A stretch of 64,000 nt of DNA from an uncultured Candidatus Saccharibacteria bacterium (lineage in GTDB: Bacteria > Patescibacteriota > Doudnabacteria > UBA920 > O2-02-FULL-48-8). The stretch covers positions 703,157 to 767,156 of the forward strand of contig CAZSDS010000001.1 in the NCBI GenBank assembly GCA_964605735.1. The letters are read 5' to 3'. Below the pieces are notes generated by a model. That model saw only the letters and a program-made list of their open reading frames with translations, did no database searches and had not been told where the DNA came from. A program made the position numbers and the translations under genes. The stretch's first letter is position 1. Each line of letters begins with the position of its first letter. Shown here one piece after another: positions 37,249-45,229 of this stretch.

Positions 37249-37569
37249 ATGGAAATCAATTATCGAGGCACAGTAGTAAAAGAAAGCTTGAAAGACCCTA
37301 CAATTTTGAAAGGCATGATGGTTATGGGGCATAAAATTGTGGGATCACCGGGAGATTCCTGGGACTTGGTTTCCGTAAGCGCATCTTTGGCTGAAGTAGC
37401 AAAACTTAAGTATTACATAAATGACGGACCATGGTATGCGCATTTCTGGAATGATGAAGAATTGATAGTAGTATTTAAGGATAAGGTTTTCACTAACGTG
37501 AACGAAGCAGTAGAGTATGGCAGGTCAATCGGAATTCCTTTAGAGCAATTAGATTTTATTAAAGAGTAA
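37249..37569 (+). CDS. hypothetical protein, first gene of the lexA operon
   Basis: 106-aa ORF ending 1 bp before the lexA ATG. Confidence 0.5.
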   Translation: MEINYRGTVVKESLKDPTILKGMMVMGHKIVGSPGDSWDLVSVSASLAEVAKLKYYINDGPWYAHFWNDEELIVVFKDKVFTNVNEAVEYGRSIGIPLEQLDFIKE

Positions 37570-37570
37570 A

Positions 37571-38185
37571 ATGCAAGAACTTACACCCAAACAACAAAAA
37601 CTTCTGGAGTATTTGACAGAGGAAATTAGAAACACCGGCTTGCCTCCAACAATCTCGGAGATGGCAAAGAGTTTGAAGGTTAAATCAAAGAATGCAGTTG
37701 CCAAGCTATTGAATGCGCTGGAAGAAAAGGGGTACGTCAGAAAGTCCGGTAAGGCTAGGGGGATTGAAGTTCTGGATCAAGAGGGCGAGGCTGTCAGTAA
37801 AGGTATGTTAAATATTCCTGTCCTGGGACGAATTACAGCCGGATTGCCCATGCTGGCAGAAGAGCAGATTGAAGATTGGCTGAGTTTGCCTACCAGTTTG
37901 ATTAGAGGAAGAAAAGATGTTTTTCTGCTTAAGGTTCAGGGGATGAGTATGAAGGATGCGGGTATTCTCAACGGAGACCTGGTTTTGGTTAAACAGCAAA
38001 AAATCGCGGAAGTGAATGACATAGTTGTCGCGCTCCTGGACGATGAAGCTACTGTAAAAAGATTAGTGAAGCAAAGCAACAAATATTTCTTAAAAGCAGA
38101 AAATAAAGACTACCCAAATATTTACCCTGAACACGAGTGGTCGATTCAGGGAAAGGTGGTCGGTGTGATAAGGAGACTTGAATAA
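37571..38185 (+). CDS. lexA: LexA repressor (S24 peptidase)
   Basis: N-terminal winged HTH (TISEMAKSL), the Ser/Lys dyad context GMSMKDAGILNGDLVLV, and the C-terminal S24 fold. Confidence 0.9.
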   Translation: MQELTPKQQKLLEYLTEEIRNTGLPPTISEMAKSLKVKSKNAVAKLLNALEEKGYVRKSGKARGIEVLDQEGEAVSKGMLNIPVLGRITAGLPMLAEEQIEDWLSLPTSLIRGRKDVFLLKVQGMSMKDAGILNGDLVLVKQQKIAEVNDIVVALLDDEATVKRLVKQSNKYFLKAENKDYPNIYPEHEWSIQGKVVGVIRRLE

Positions 38186-38373
38186 TGAGCGAATTTGAAA
38201 AAAGAAAGGCTAGCATTACAAACCAAATAAAAGGTTTGTGTGCTCATTGCTCATCCGGGGTGCCGCATAACTGCCGCGTGCAATCAATTGCTGAAGATGT
38301 GGCGAAACTTAGTGGGGTGCCGTTGATTGTAAATGACAGCTTTAGAGGTTTATTGCTAGCCGAGAGAGTATAA
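38185..38373 (+). CDS. small Cys/His-containing protein co-transcribed with lexA
   Basis: Start overlaps the lexA stop (ATGA). Contains CAHCSSGVPHNC. Confidence 0.45.
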   Translation: MSEFEKRKASITNQIKGLCAHCSSGVPHNCRVQSIAEDVAKLSGVPLIVNDSFRGLLLAERV

Positions 38374-38486
38374 AGGTCCGTGAATCTAAACAACAGGTTC
38401 CCGGGCTTTTTTATTTTGTTATGACCACTAGCGCTCGCGGTCTCTCTGTGAAAAGGGCAGCACAGTCGTTTTTAGGTGGAGAGTCA

Positions 38487-38622
38487 CTAATGAAGCATTT
38501 TGCTGATGGCGGGGATTCGGCGCAGGCACATCAGTGCCGAGCCTGAAGCAGCGAACCACACTAAAGGAATGTTAACTATAGAAGTTCGACTGCGTACCCC
38601 GACAGCAGGAAAATGCGCAGGT
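38487..38622 (+). repeat. copy 2 of the ~150-nt hairpin element
   Basis: Near-identical to 27431-27495 and 27541-27578 at its ends. The central ~35 nt differ. Confidence 0.8.
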
Positions 38623-38710
38623 AGTACATATCCACAGCCAGGGTCTTCACAAAGGTTTTTTCCATGTTATAGAATGCTTTCTTAAATAATTAATTTTAGG
38701 AAAGCAAAAT

Positions 38711-38941
38711 ATGACAGAACAAAAGCCAGAACCTTTGTTCACAACCAAGTTTAGTCAGGGAGGTCGTACGTTCTTTTTTGACGTTAAGAAAAGCAAGAAG
38801 GATAAGCCGTTTTTGAGGATCACCAGCTCAGCCAAGAAAGGTGAGGAAAAACAAAGGGCTTATCTGACTGTTTTTGACAATGAGGTTCAGGATTTTCATC
38901 AGGCTATTTCTGATGCCACCTCTTTTATAGTGAATACTTAA
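38711..38941 (+). CDS. PUR-alpha-like nucleic-acid-binding protein (DUF3276)
   Basis: The GRTFFFDVKKSKKDKPFLRITSS and AYLTVFDNEVQDF PUR-repeat signature. Confidence 0.6.
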   Translation: MTEQKPEPLFTTKFSQGGRTFFFDVKKSKKDKPFLRITSSAKKGEEKQRAYLTVFDNEVQDFHQAISDATSFIVNT

Positions 38942-38950
38942 AACGGTTTT

Positions 38951-40465
38951 ATGGCGAAAGTTTTCTCTGCTGCTCTGGTGGGGTTGTCTGCTGAAATCGT
39001 TGAGGTGGAAGCAGATATTTTACCGGGGTTGCCTGTGACTATAATAGTCGGGTTGCCGGATGCGGCAGTGCAGGAAGCGCGTGAGCGCGTCCGATCCGCC
39101 ATAAAGAATTCTAGCGCATTGTATCCGCGGAGCAGGGTGGCTGTTAACCTTGCTCCCGCGGATTTGCCAAAAAACGGGTCACATTATGATCTGCCTATTG
39201 CACTTTCAATCCTGTTGAACTCAGAAACCATTAAGTTTAATCCCGATGACACGGTTATTGTAGGTGAACTTGCTCTTGATGGCTCAGTTAGGTCAGTGGT
39301 TGGTGTGCTCCCTGTAATTTTAATGGCCAAAGAAAAAGGGTTTAAGAAAGTGATCGTCCCCGCGGCAAACAAAGATGAGGCTTCGCTTGTGGAAGGAATA
39401 GATGTTTATGCGGCTGACAGCTTGATTCAAGTGATTGGCTTTTTAGAAGGTTTGCTGAAACTTGAACCAGTCAGGGTGATTGATTGGGATAACGCATTAA
39501 AGAGCCCGGAAAACGTGCTGGATTTCAAGCTTATAAACGGGCAGGAAGCAGTAAAAAGAGCTTTGGAGATAGCAGCTGCCGGCGGGCACAATATTTTATT
39601 GCATGGTCCTCCAGGAACTGGCAAAACTTTGTTGGCCAAAGCTTTGCCCTCGATTTTGCCAAAACCAACCATAGAAGAGGTTTTGGAAATTACAAAAATT
39701 TACAGCATTGCGGGCTTGTTGAACAGCGGGCAAACCATAATCTCAGCGCGGCCTTTTAGGAGTCCTCACCATTCGGCTTCCACTTCATCGCTTGTTGGCG
39801 GTGGGGCATACCCAAGGCCTGGAGAAATTTCCCTGGCACACAGAGGAGTTTTGTTTTTGGACGAATTGCCGGAATTTTCCCGGGCTTCACTGGAGACGCT
39901 CAGACAGCCGCTTGAGGAAGGTGTGATTGCTATCTCGCGGGTCAACGGCACTGTAATTTTTCCCGCGCAATTCATCTTGGTGGCTTCCCAAAACCCTTGC
40001 CCGTGCGGGTATTACAACAGCAGCCGCCAGCAATGCACCTGCAGTTACACTCAGATAATGGGTTACCAGCGCCGCGTTTCCGGGCCATTACAGGATCGCA
40101 TTGATATATTTATGGAAGTCAGCAAAGTTGAATATGAAAAACTATCTACTGGCGAAGCAGGGGAGAGTTCACAGGATGTTCAGAAGCGCGTCCAGCAGGC
40201 GCGCAACAGACAACAGAAACGGTTTGCAGGAACTAGGTTGGTTACAAACTCTGAAATGGGGGTTAAGGAGATAAGAAAGTTTTGCTTGTTGGGGAACAGG
40301 GAGCGGGAATTTGCCAAACAGGCAGCAGTAAAGTTGAATCTTTCGGCGCGGGCTTATCATCGGATAGTTAAGCTCGCCAGAACCATTGCAGATTTGGCAG
40401 GACAGGAAGAAATTGCAGTCAAACACATTGCTGAAGCAGTCCAGTATCGGACCAAAATAGAATAA
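38951..40465 (+). CDS. YifB/ComM-family Mg-chelatase-like AAA+ ATPase
   Basis: N-terminal Lon-like domain, Walker A GPPGTGKT, and ChlI-type C-terminal domain. Confidence 0.85.
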   Translation: MAKVFSAALVGLSAEIVEVEADILPGLPVTIIVGLPDAAVQEARERVRSAIKNSSALYPRSRVAVNLAPADLPKNGSHYDLPIALSILLNSETIKFNPDDTVIVGELALDGSVRSVVGVLPVILMAKEKGFKKVIVPAANKDEASLVEGIDVYAADSLIQVIGFLEGLLKLEPVRVIDWDNALKSPENVLDFKLINGQEAVKRALEIAAAGGHNILLHGPPGTGKTLLAKALPSILPKPTIEEVLEITKIYSIAGLLNSGQTIISARPFRSPHHSASTSSLVGGGAYPRPGEISLAHRGVLFLDELPEFSRASLETLRQPLEEGVIAISRVNGTVIFPAQFILVASQNPCPCGYYNSSRQQCTCSYTQIMGYQRRVSGPLQDRIDIFMEVSKVEYEKLSTGEAGESSQDVQKRVQQARNRQQKRFAGTRLVTNSEMGVKEIRKFCLLGNREREFAKQAAVKLNLSARAYHRIVKLARTIADLAGQEEIAVKHIAEAVQYRTKIE

Positions 40466-40551
40466 AATTTTAGTCAAATTGCCAATTGAGCAGTATTGTG
40501 GTTACAATGACAATTAGTGGATGAAATTAACCTAAGGAAAAGATTCAAGAC

Positions 40552-41448
40552 ATGGCAAAAAAAGTTAAGAAAGCTATTATTCCGGCCGCTGGTTACGGGA
40601 CAAGGTTCCTTCCGGCAACAAAGGCTCAACCAAAGGAAATGCTTCCGCTGGTAGATAAACCCATTATTCAGTACGTGGTAGAGGATGCAGTTTCAGCGGG
40701 CATTGAGGACATTATTATAGTCACTGGATGGCATAAGAAATCAATTGAAGATCACTTCGATTACCCGTTTGAGCTTGAAAAAAGATTGGAGGAAAGCGGG
40801 AAGTTTGAAGAACTTGAAAAAATCCGTCAAGTCGCAGATCTGGCGAATTTTTATTATGTCAGGCAAAAAGGGCCGCTCGGAAACCTAACTCCGATTTGGA
40901 ACGCCAAAGAGTTCATAGACGGGGAACCGTTTTTGGTGTTATGGGGTGACGATTTTATAGAAGCAAACCCGCCGCGCTGCCAACAGCTCATAGATGCATA
41001 TGAAAAATTTGGCGGGCATGCAATAGTCAGTAGTTTGAGAAAGGCCCAGCCTGAGGATTATGAAAGGTATGGATACGCAGCTGGAAAAGAAATAGAGAAA
41101 GGAGTCCTGAAGATTGACCGGATCCTCGAGAAGCCAGGACCAGGCAATATTGATTCCGATTATGCGGTTGTCTCAGGTTTTTTGTTTGAACCAACCTTTT
41201 TTGAAGCCGCAGAAGAGGTGTTTAAGCGGGCGCAAAAAGAAGGGATAACCAGAGAGCTTCACTATATTGATGCCATAAACGTTTTACTTGAAGAGGAGAA
41301 AGCCTGCTACGCGCTTGAGATCAAAGGCGGCAAATTTTACGACTGCGGGAATAAACTGGAGTACCTGAAAGCAGTGGTTGAATTCGGGTTAAAGCACGAA
41401 GACCTTCGCGAGGACTTTCTTGACTTTTTGAAGAGTATTAAGGCGTAA
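40552..41448 (+). CDS. galU: UTP--glucose-1-phosphate uridylyltransferase
   Basis: KAIIPAAGYGTRFLPATKAQPKEMLP N-terminal signature. Confidence 0.85.
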   Translation: MAKKVKKAIIPAAGYGTRFLPATKAQPKEMLPLVDKPIIQYVVEDAVSAGIEDIIIVTGWHKKSIEDHFDYPFELEKRLEESGKFEELEKIRQVADLANFYYVRQKGPLGNLTPIWNAKEFIDGEPFLVLWGDDFIEANPPRCQQLIDAYEKFGGHAIVSSLRKAQPEDYERYGYAAGKEIEKGVLKIDRILEKPGPGNIDSDYAVVSGFLFEPTFFEAAEEVFKRAQKEGITRELHYIDAINVLLEEEKACYALEIKGGKFYDCGNKLEYLKAVVEFGLKHEDLREDFLDFLKSIKA

Positions 41449-41551
41449 TAACGGAAGAAAACCGGCAGCTTTGGTTGTAACGCCGGTTTTTTTGTTGTAA
41501 AATAAACCCGTGCATAATACTTCCAAAATTACGAAACAAAAGTTATAAAAC

Positions 41552-42850
41552 ATGAGAAAATACTTACTAATCGGCGGAGCCATCTTCTTCTTTTTGCTTT
41601 TGATCATCGGAGCAATGTTTTTTTCAACCGGCAACCGCCAGAACAATAATGGGGAACAGGTGGAGCTGATCTGGTGGAAGACTTTCCAGGATCGATCTGA
41701 TATGGATAAGTTAATAGAGGAATATCAAAAAGTCCGGCCAAACGTAACCATCAAATATTTTAAGAAGAATATTCAGGATTATGAATCTGAACTGCTGAAT
41801 GCCATTGCTTCTGGAAATACTCCGGATATTTTTACCATCCACAATGACTGGTTGCCCAAGCACATAGACAAAATGGCGCCAATGCCTGAGAGCATGATGT
41901 CGGAACGCCAGTACAGGGAAGCGTTTGTGGATGTGGCTGCTGCAGATTTTATTAAAGACGCCAGGATATATGCCATGCCGCTGGCCGTGGATGTTCTTGC
42001 GTTATATTACAACAAGGATATTTTAGGGTCTGCCGGGATTTTTACTCCGCCTCAAACCTGGCCGGAGGTTGTTTCAGCGGTGCAAAAAATCACCCAGCAG
42101 GATACTTCCGGGAACTTTACCCGCTCAGCGATTGCCATGGGCAGTTCCGGAAACGTAAACAGATCTGCGGATTTGTTGCTTTTGTTGATGTTGCAAAACG
42201 GCACAACATTCTATAACGATAACCTCACTGCCGCCCGCTTTGACCAGCTGACCAGGATCAATGACCAAAGCTTCAATCCTGGTGCAACAGCTCTGGATTT
42301 TTATACCCAGTTTGCGAGGGCAAGCAAGCGGGCTTACACTTGGAACTCAAAAGCAGATAACAGCGTAGATGCATTCGCACAGGGTAAGCTCGCAATGATG
42401 CTGTCTTATTCATATATGATTCCGACTATAAAAGACAAAGCGCCTAATCTTAACTGGGGAGTGACTGGGGTGCCGCAGGTAGATAATTCTGGATTAAAGA
42501 TTAATTTTGCCAACTATTGGGGCGAGGGCGTCTCCAAGACTTCCACAAAACAGGAGTATGCTTGGGATTTCCTGCGTTTCATTACACAGCGGGATATCCT
42601 GGCGAAGTATTATGAGAAGGTGAAAGCACCTTCATCACGCAAGGATCTTCTTGAGTCCCAGACAAGCGACGTGGAGCTCGGGGTTTTTGCGGAAAACGCG
42701 ATTACGGCTAAAAGCGTGTACAAACCTGATGCTGCTCAGTTTGAAACAATTGTTTTGAAGATGATTGATGATGTGACTTTGCGTGGATCTGACCCGGAGT
42801 CTGCGGTTACAGACGCTGTTGCGCAGGTAAACTTGATATTAAGGGATTAA
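41552..42850 (+). CDS. ABC transporter substrate-binding protein (family 1, sugar-type), membrane-anchored
   Basis: N-terminal TM, then an SBP_bac_1-like sequence. Confidence 0.65.
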   Translation: MRKYLLIGGAIFFFLLLIIGAMFFSTGNRQNNNGEQVELIWWKTFQDRSDMDKLIEEYQKVRPNVTIKYFKKNIQDYESELLNAIASGNTPDIFTIHNDWLPKHIDKMAPMPESMMSERQYREAFVDVAAADFIKDARIYAMPLAVDVLALYYNKDILGSAGIFTPPQTWPEVVSAVQKITQQDTSGNFTRSAIAMGSSGNVNRSADLLLLLMLQNGTTFYNDNLTAARFDQLTRINDQSFNPGATALDFYTQFARASKRAYTWNSKADNSVDAFAQGKLAMMLSYSYMIPTIKDKAPNLNWGVTGVPQVDNSGLKINFANYWGEGVSKTSTKQEYAWDFLRFITQRDILAKYYEKVKAPSSRKDLLESQTSDVELGVFAENAITAKSVYKPDAAQFETIVLKMIDDVTLRGSDPESAVTDAVAQVNLILRD

Positions 42851-42890
42851 CGGGCGTTTATGGTATAATAAAGTCACAAAAGACACCTAG

Positions 42891-43322
42891 ATGAAATCAA
42901 AAATCAACAAAATATTCTTTACTGCACTTGTTTTTCTGCTCTTTGCGCAACCAGTTTTTGCGCAAGGTTTTGTTTTTTGCGGAAAACGAAGTCAGGATGA
43001 TCCTAATACCCCAGTTGTGGAAGGGGCGTGTACGCTCAATGACCTTTGGACCTTGATTTTCTACGGTGCCAACTTTTTGATTGGAATGTCAGGTTTGGTT
43101 GCTTTGTTCTTTGTTGTCTGGGGTGGAGTAAGAATGATGCTTTCCTTTGGGAACCCGGAAGCAGTTAAGGAGGGGAAGTCCACTATTACCAATGCCTTAC
43201 TCGGTTTGGTGCTGGTGTTGCTTTCCTATTTGATAGTTGGATATGTTGCTGAATTGCTCTTGCCGGGCGGGGGAGTAGGCAACCCGCTTCAAAACCTTAT
43301 CCGATACGTAAGACCGAATTAG
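42891..43322 (+). CDS. TrbC/VirB2-like pilin family protein (paralog 1)
   Basis: Signal peptide, then two hydrophobic helices flanking a short polar loop (LIGMSGLVALFFVVWGGVRMMLSFGNPEAVKEGKSTITNALLGLVLVLLSYLIVG). Confidence 0.6.
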   Translation: MKSKINKIFFTALVFLLFAQPVFAQGFVFCGKRSQDDPNTPVVEGACTLNDLWTLIFYGANFLIGMSGLVALFFVVWGGVRMMLSFGNPEAVKEGKSTITNALLGLVLVLLSYLIVGYVAELLLPGGGVGNPLQNLIRYVRPN

Positions 43323-43325
43323 ACT

Positions 43326-43982
43326 ATGAAGAAGCTCTTAATAGCATTAATAATAATTTTGGCCATTGTCCCGTTCTTCGCTTTTGCGCAAGAAGCGTGT
43401 TCGCCGGGTTACACCGGCACTTCGCTCTGCAACGCGATCCCAAGATTCGGCGGCTTAAACATAAACGATTTACAGGGATTTATTATTGGGATATTTTCCT
43501 GGATTGCCGGAATCATTGGCACAATCCTTATGGCCGTTCTTATATACAGCGGGATAAAGATGGTGCTCTCACAGGGTGATCTAGGCAAAGTCAAAGAAGC
43601 CAAAGCGTCATTTACTTATGCCATCCTGGGTTTTTTGGTAACTATCTTTGGATACGTGATTGTTTCCTCGGTTCAGTATTTCATTGGCGTCAGGCAGGGT
43701 GATCCTGAGCAGGAAAGAAATTTCTTCTTTAACCCTTTGCGGGACAGCACATTGATCGGATTTCTTGAAACAACAATGACAAACGTTTTAGGAGTTGTCG
43801 GTGCCGTCGTTTTGTTTTATCTTGTGTGGAATGGATTCAAATATATATTGGCTGGATCAAATGAAGAGCAGACAAAAGCTGCCAAGTTGGCGATTACATG
43901 GTCCATCATTGGTTTGATCAGTATTTTAGCATCTTACACAATAGTAAAGGTTCTTATTGATACATTTGGAAAATATACATGA
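43326..43982 (+). CDS. TrbC/VirB2-like pilin protein with duplicated pilin module (paralog 2)
   Basis: Signal peptide plus two consecutive helix-loop-helix pilin modules (..LIYSGIKMVLSQGDLGKVKEAK.. and ..LVWNGFKYILAGSNEEQTKAAK..). Confidence 0.6.
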   Translation: MKKLLIALIIILAIVPFFAFAQEACSPGYTGTSLCNAIPRFGGLNINDLQGFIIGIFSWIAGIIGTILMAVLIYSGIKMVLSQGDLGKVKEAKASFTYAILGFLVTIFGYVIVSSVQYFIGVRQGDPEQERNFFFNPLRDSTLIGFLETTMTNVLGVVGAVVLFYLVWNGFKYILAGSNEEQTKAAKLAITWSIIGLISILASYTIVKVLIDTFGKYT

Positions 43983-44320
43983 AGAAATATTTTCTACCGA
44001 TTTTCATAATACTCTCAAGTTTGGTGGCTGCACCGGCGCAGGCCGTGCTACGGGGGAATGCTCCCGGGGGTCTCTTTGTTAGTTTCACCAGCAATGATCC
44101 TTATAATGTGATCATGGCGGTAATTTCTTTGATACTTGGGTTTGCTGGGTCAGTTGCCATGTTGTTTTTAATCATTGGTGGATTTTATTATGTAACTGCT
44201 GGCATGAACGAGGATTTGGCAAAGCGCGGCAAATTGTATGTTAAAAATTCCATAATCGGCTTGATAATTATCGTATTATCGTATACCATTATATCTGTAA
44301 TATATAGGGAACTTGCGTAG
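43979..44320 (+). CDS. TrbC/VirB2-like pilin family protein (paralog 3)
   Basis: Start overlaps the previous stop. LFLIIGGFYYVTAGMNEDLAKRGK motif. Confidence 0.6.
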   Translation: MKKYFLPIFIILSSLVAAPAQAVLRGNAPGGLFVSFTSNDPYNVIMAVISLILGFAGSVAMLFLIIGGFYYVTAGMNEDLAKRGKLYVKNSIIGLIIIVLSYTIISVIYRELA

Positions 44321-44374
44321 ACTTTTATAAATCCTATGAAAGGTCGAAATAAATATAAAAAGAAAGGAATAAAA

Positions 44375-44755
44375 ATGAAGAAAATAACAAAAATTGCTAA
44401 CATCTTAATGATCTGTTTGAGTTTGGTTTTGGTTGTGGCCCCATTTGTGGCTGGTGCTCAGTTCAACCTGCCTAACGCAGGCGGCACTGGTTTGACCGGC
44501 GGCATCACAAACGAAACCACTCTGACAGGTTTTATCTTGCGCGTTATCAACATCGCGTTGGCGTTGGCTGGTTTGATTGCTGTTTTGTTCCTGATCATCG
44601 GTGGTTTTAGATACATCACTGCTGGCGGAAACGAAGAAGCATCAGGTAGTGCCAAAAAAATTATTTTGAACGCGGTCATTGGTATTATTGTCATCATTCT
44701 GTCATTCGTAGTTGTCCGTGTTGTGGCCAATACTTTGACCTCCACTAACATCTAA
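44375..44755 (+). CDS. TrbC/VirB2-like pilin family protein (paralog 4; start moved to ATG 44375 after AAAGGAA)
   Basis: LFLIIGGFRYITAGGNEEASGSAKK motif and a signal peptide. Confidence 0.6.
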   Translation: MKKITKIANILMICLSLVLVVAPFVAGAQFNLPNAGGTGLTGGITNETTLTGFILRVINIALALAGLIAVLFLIIGGFRYITAGGNEEASGSAKKIILNAVIGIIVIILSFVVVRVVANTLTSTNI

Positions 44756-44759
44756 CAGT

Positions 44760-45143
44760 ATGAAGAAAAAGTTAAGCATATTGTTGGTAGTGGCGTTTGT
44801 CATTGTGGGGGTTTCCGCATTTTTTACCGCAGATGCTCAAGGGTTGACCGCGCCAAGTAATCCCGGTGGATTGTTGGATTTCTCTAGAGTCAAAGGCGGA
44901 TCAGGCGGTGTAGCAGGACTTATCATTGCAATTACAAACTTGGTTCTTGGGGTTGCCGGAGCAATTGCCATACTCTTTGTGATCATTGGTGGTTTCCAGT
45001 ACATTCTCAGCGGAGCCAATGAAGATTTGGCCAAGCGAGGCAAGGCTACACTAACGAATGCCATCATCGGTTTGATAATTATTGTATTGTCATTTACAGT
45101 AATTAGCGTTGTATATACTACACTTACAAATGTACAACCATAA
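44760..45143 (+). CDS. TrbC/VirB2-like pilin family protein (paralog 5)
   Basis: LFVIIGGFQYILSGANEDLAKRGK motif and a signal peptide. Confidence 0.6.
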   Translation: MKKKLSILLVVAFVIVGVSAFFTADAQGLTAPSNPGGLLDFSRVKGGSGGVAGLIIAITNLVLGVAGAIAILFVIIGGFQYILSGANEDLAKRGKATLTNAIIGLIIIVLSFTVISVVYTTLTNVQP

Positions 45144-45152
45144 ATAAAAAAG

Positions 45153-45184
45153 ATAAGCCGACTCCCGTTAGGGGTCGGCTTTTG
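45153..45184. terminator. bidirectional intrinsic terminator
   Basis: AAGCCGAC-tcccgttaggg-GTCGGCTT with T/A runs on both sides. Separates the pilin array from the convergent GC-rich gene. Confidence 0.65.
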
Positions 45185-45229
45185 ATTTGTCTCAGACGAG
45201 ACGCTTAGAGACAGTGTGCAGAATCTTGG

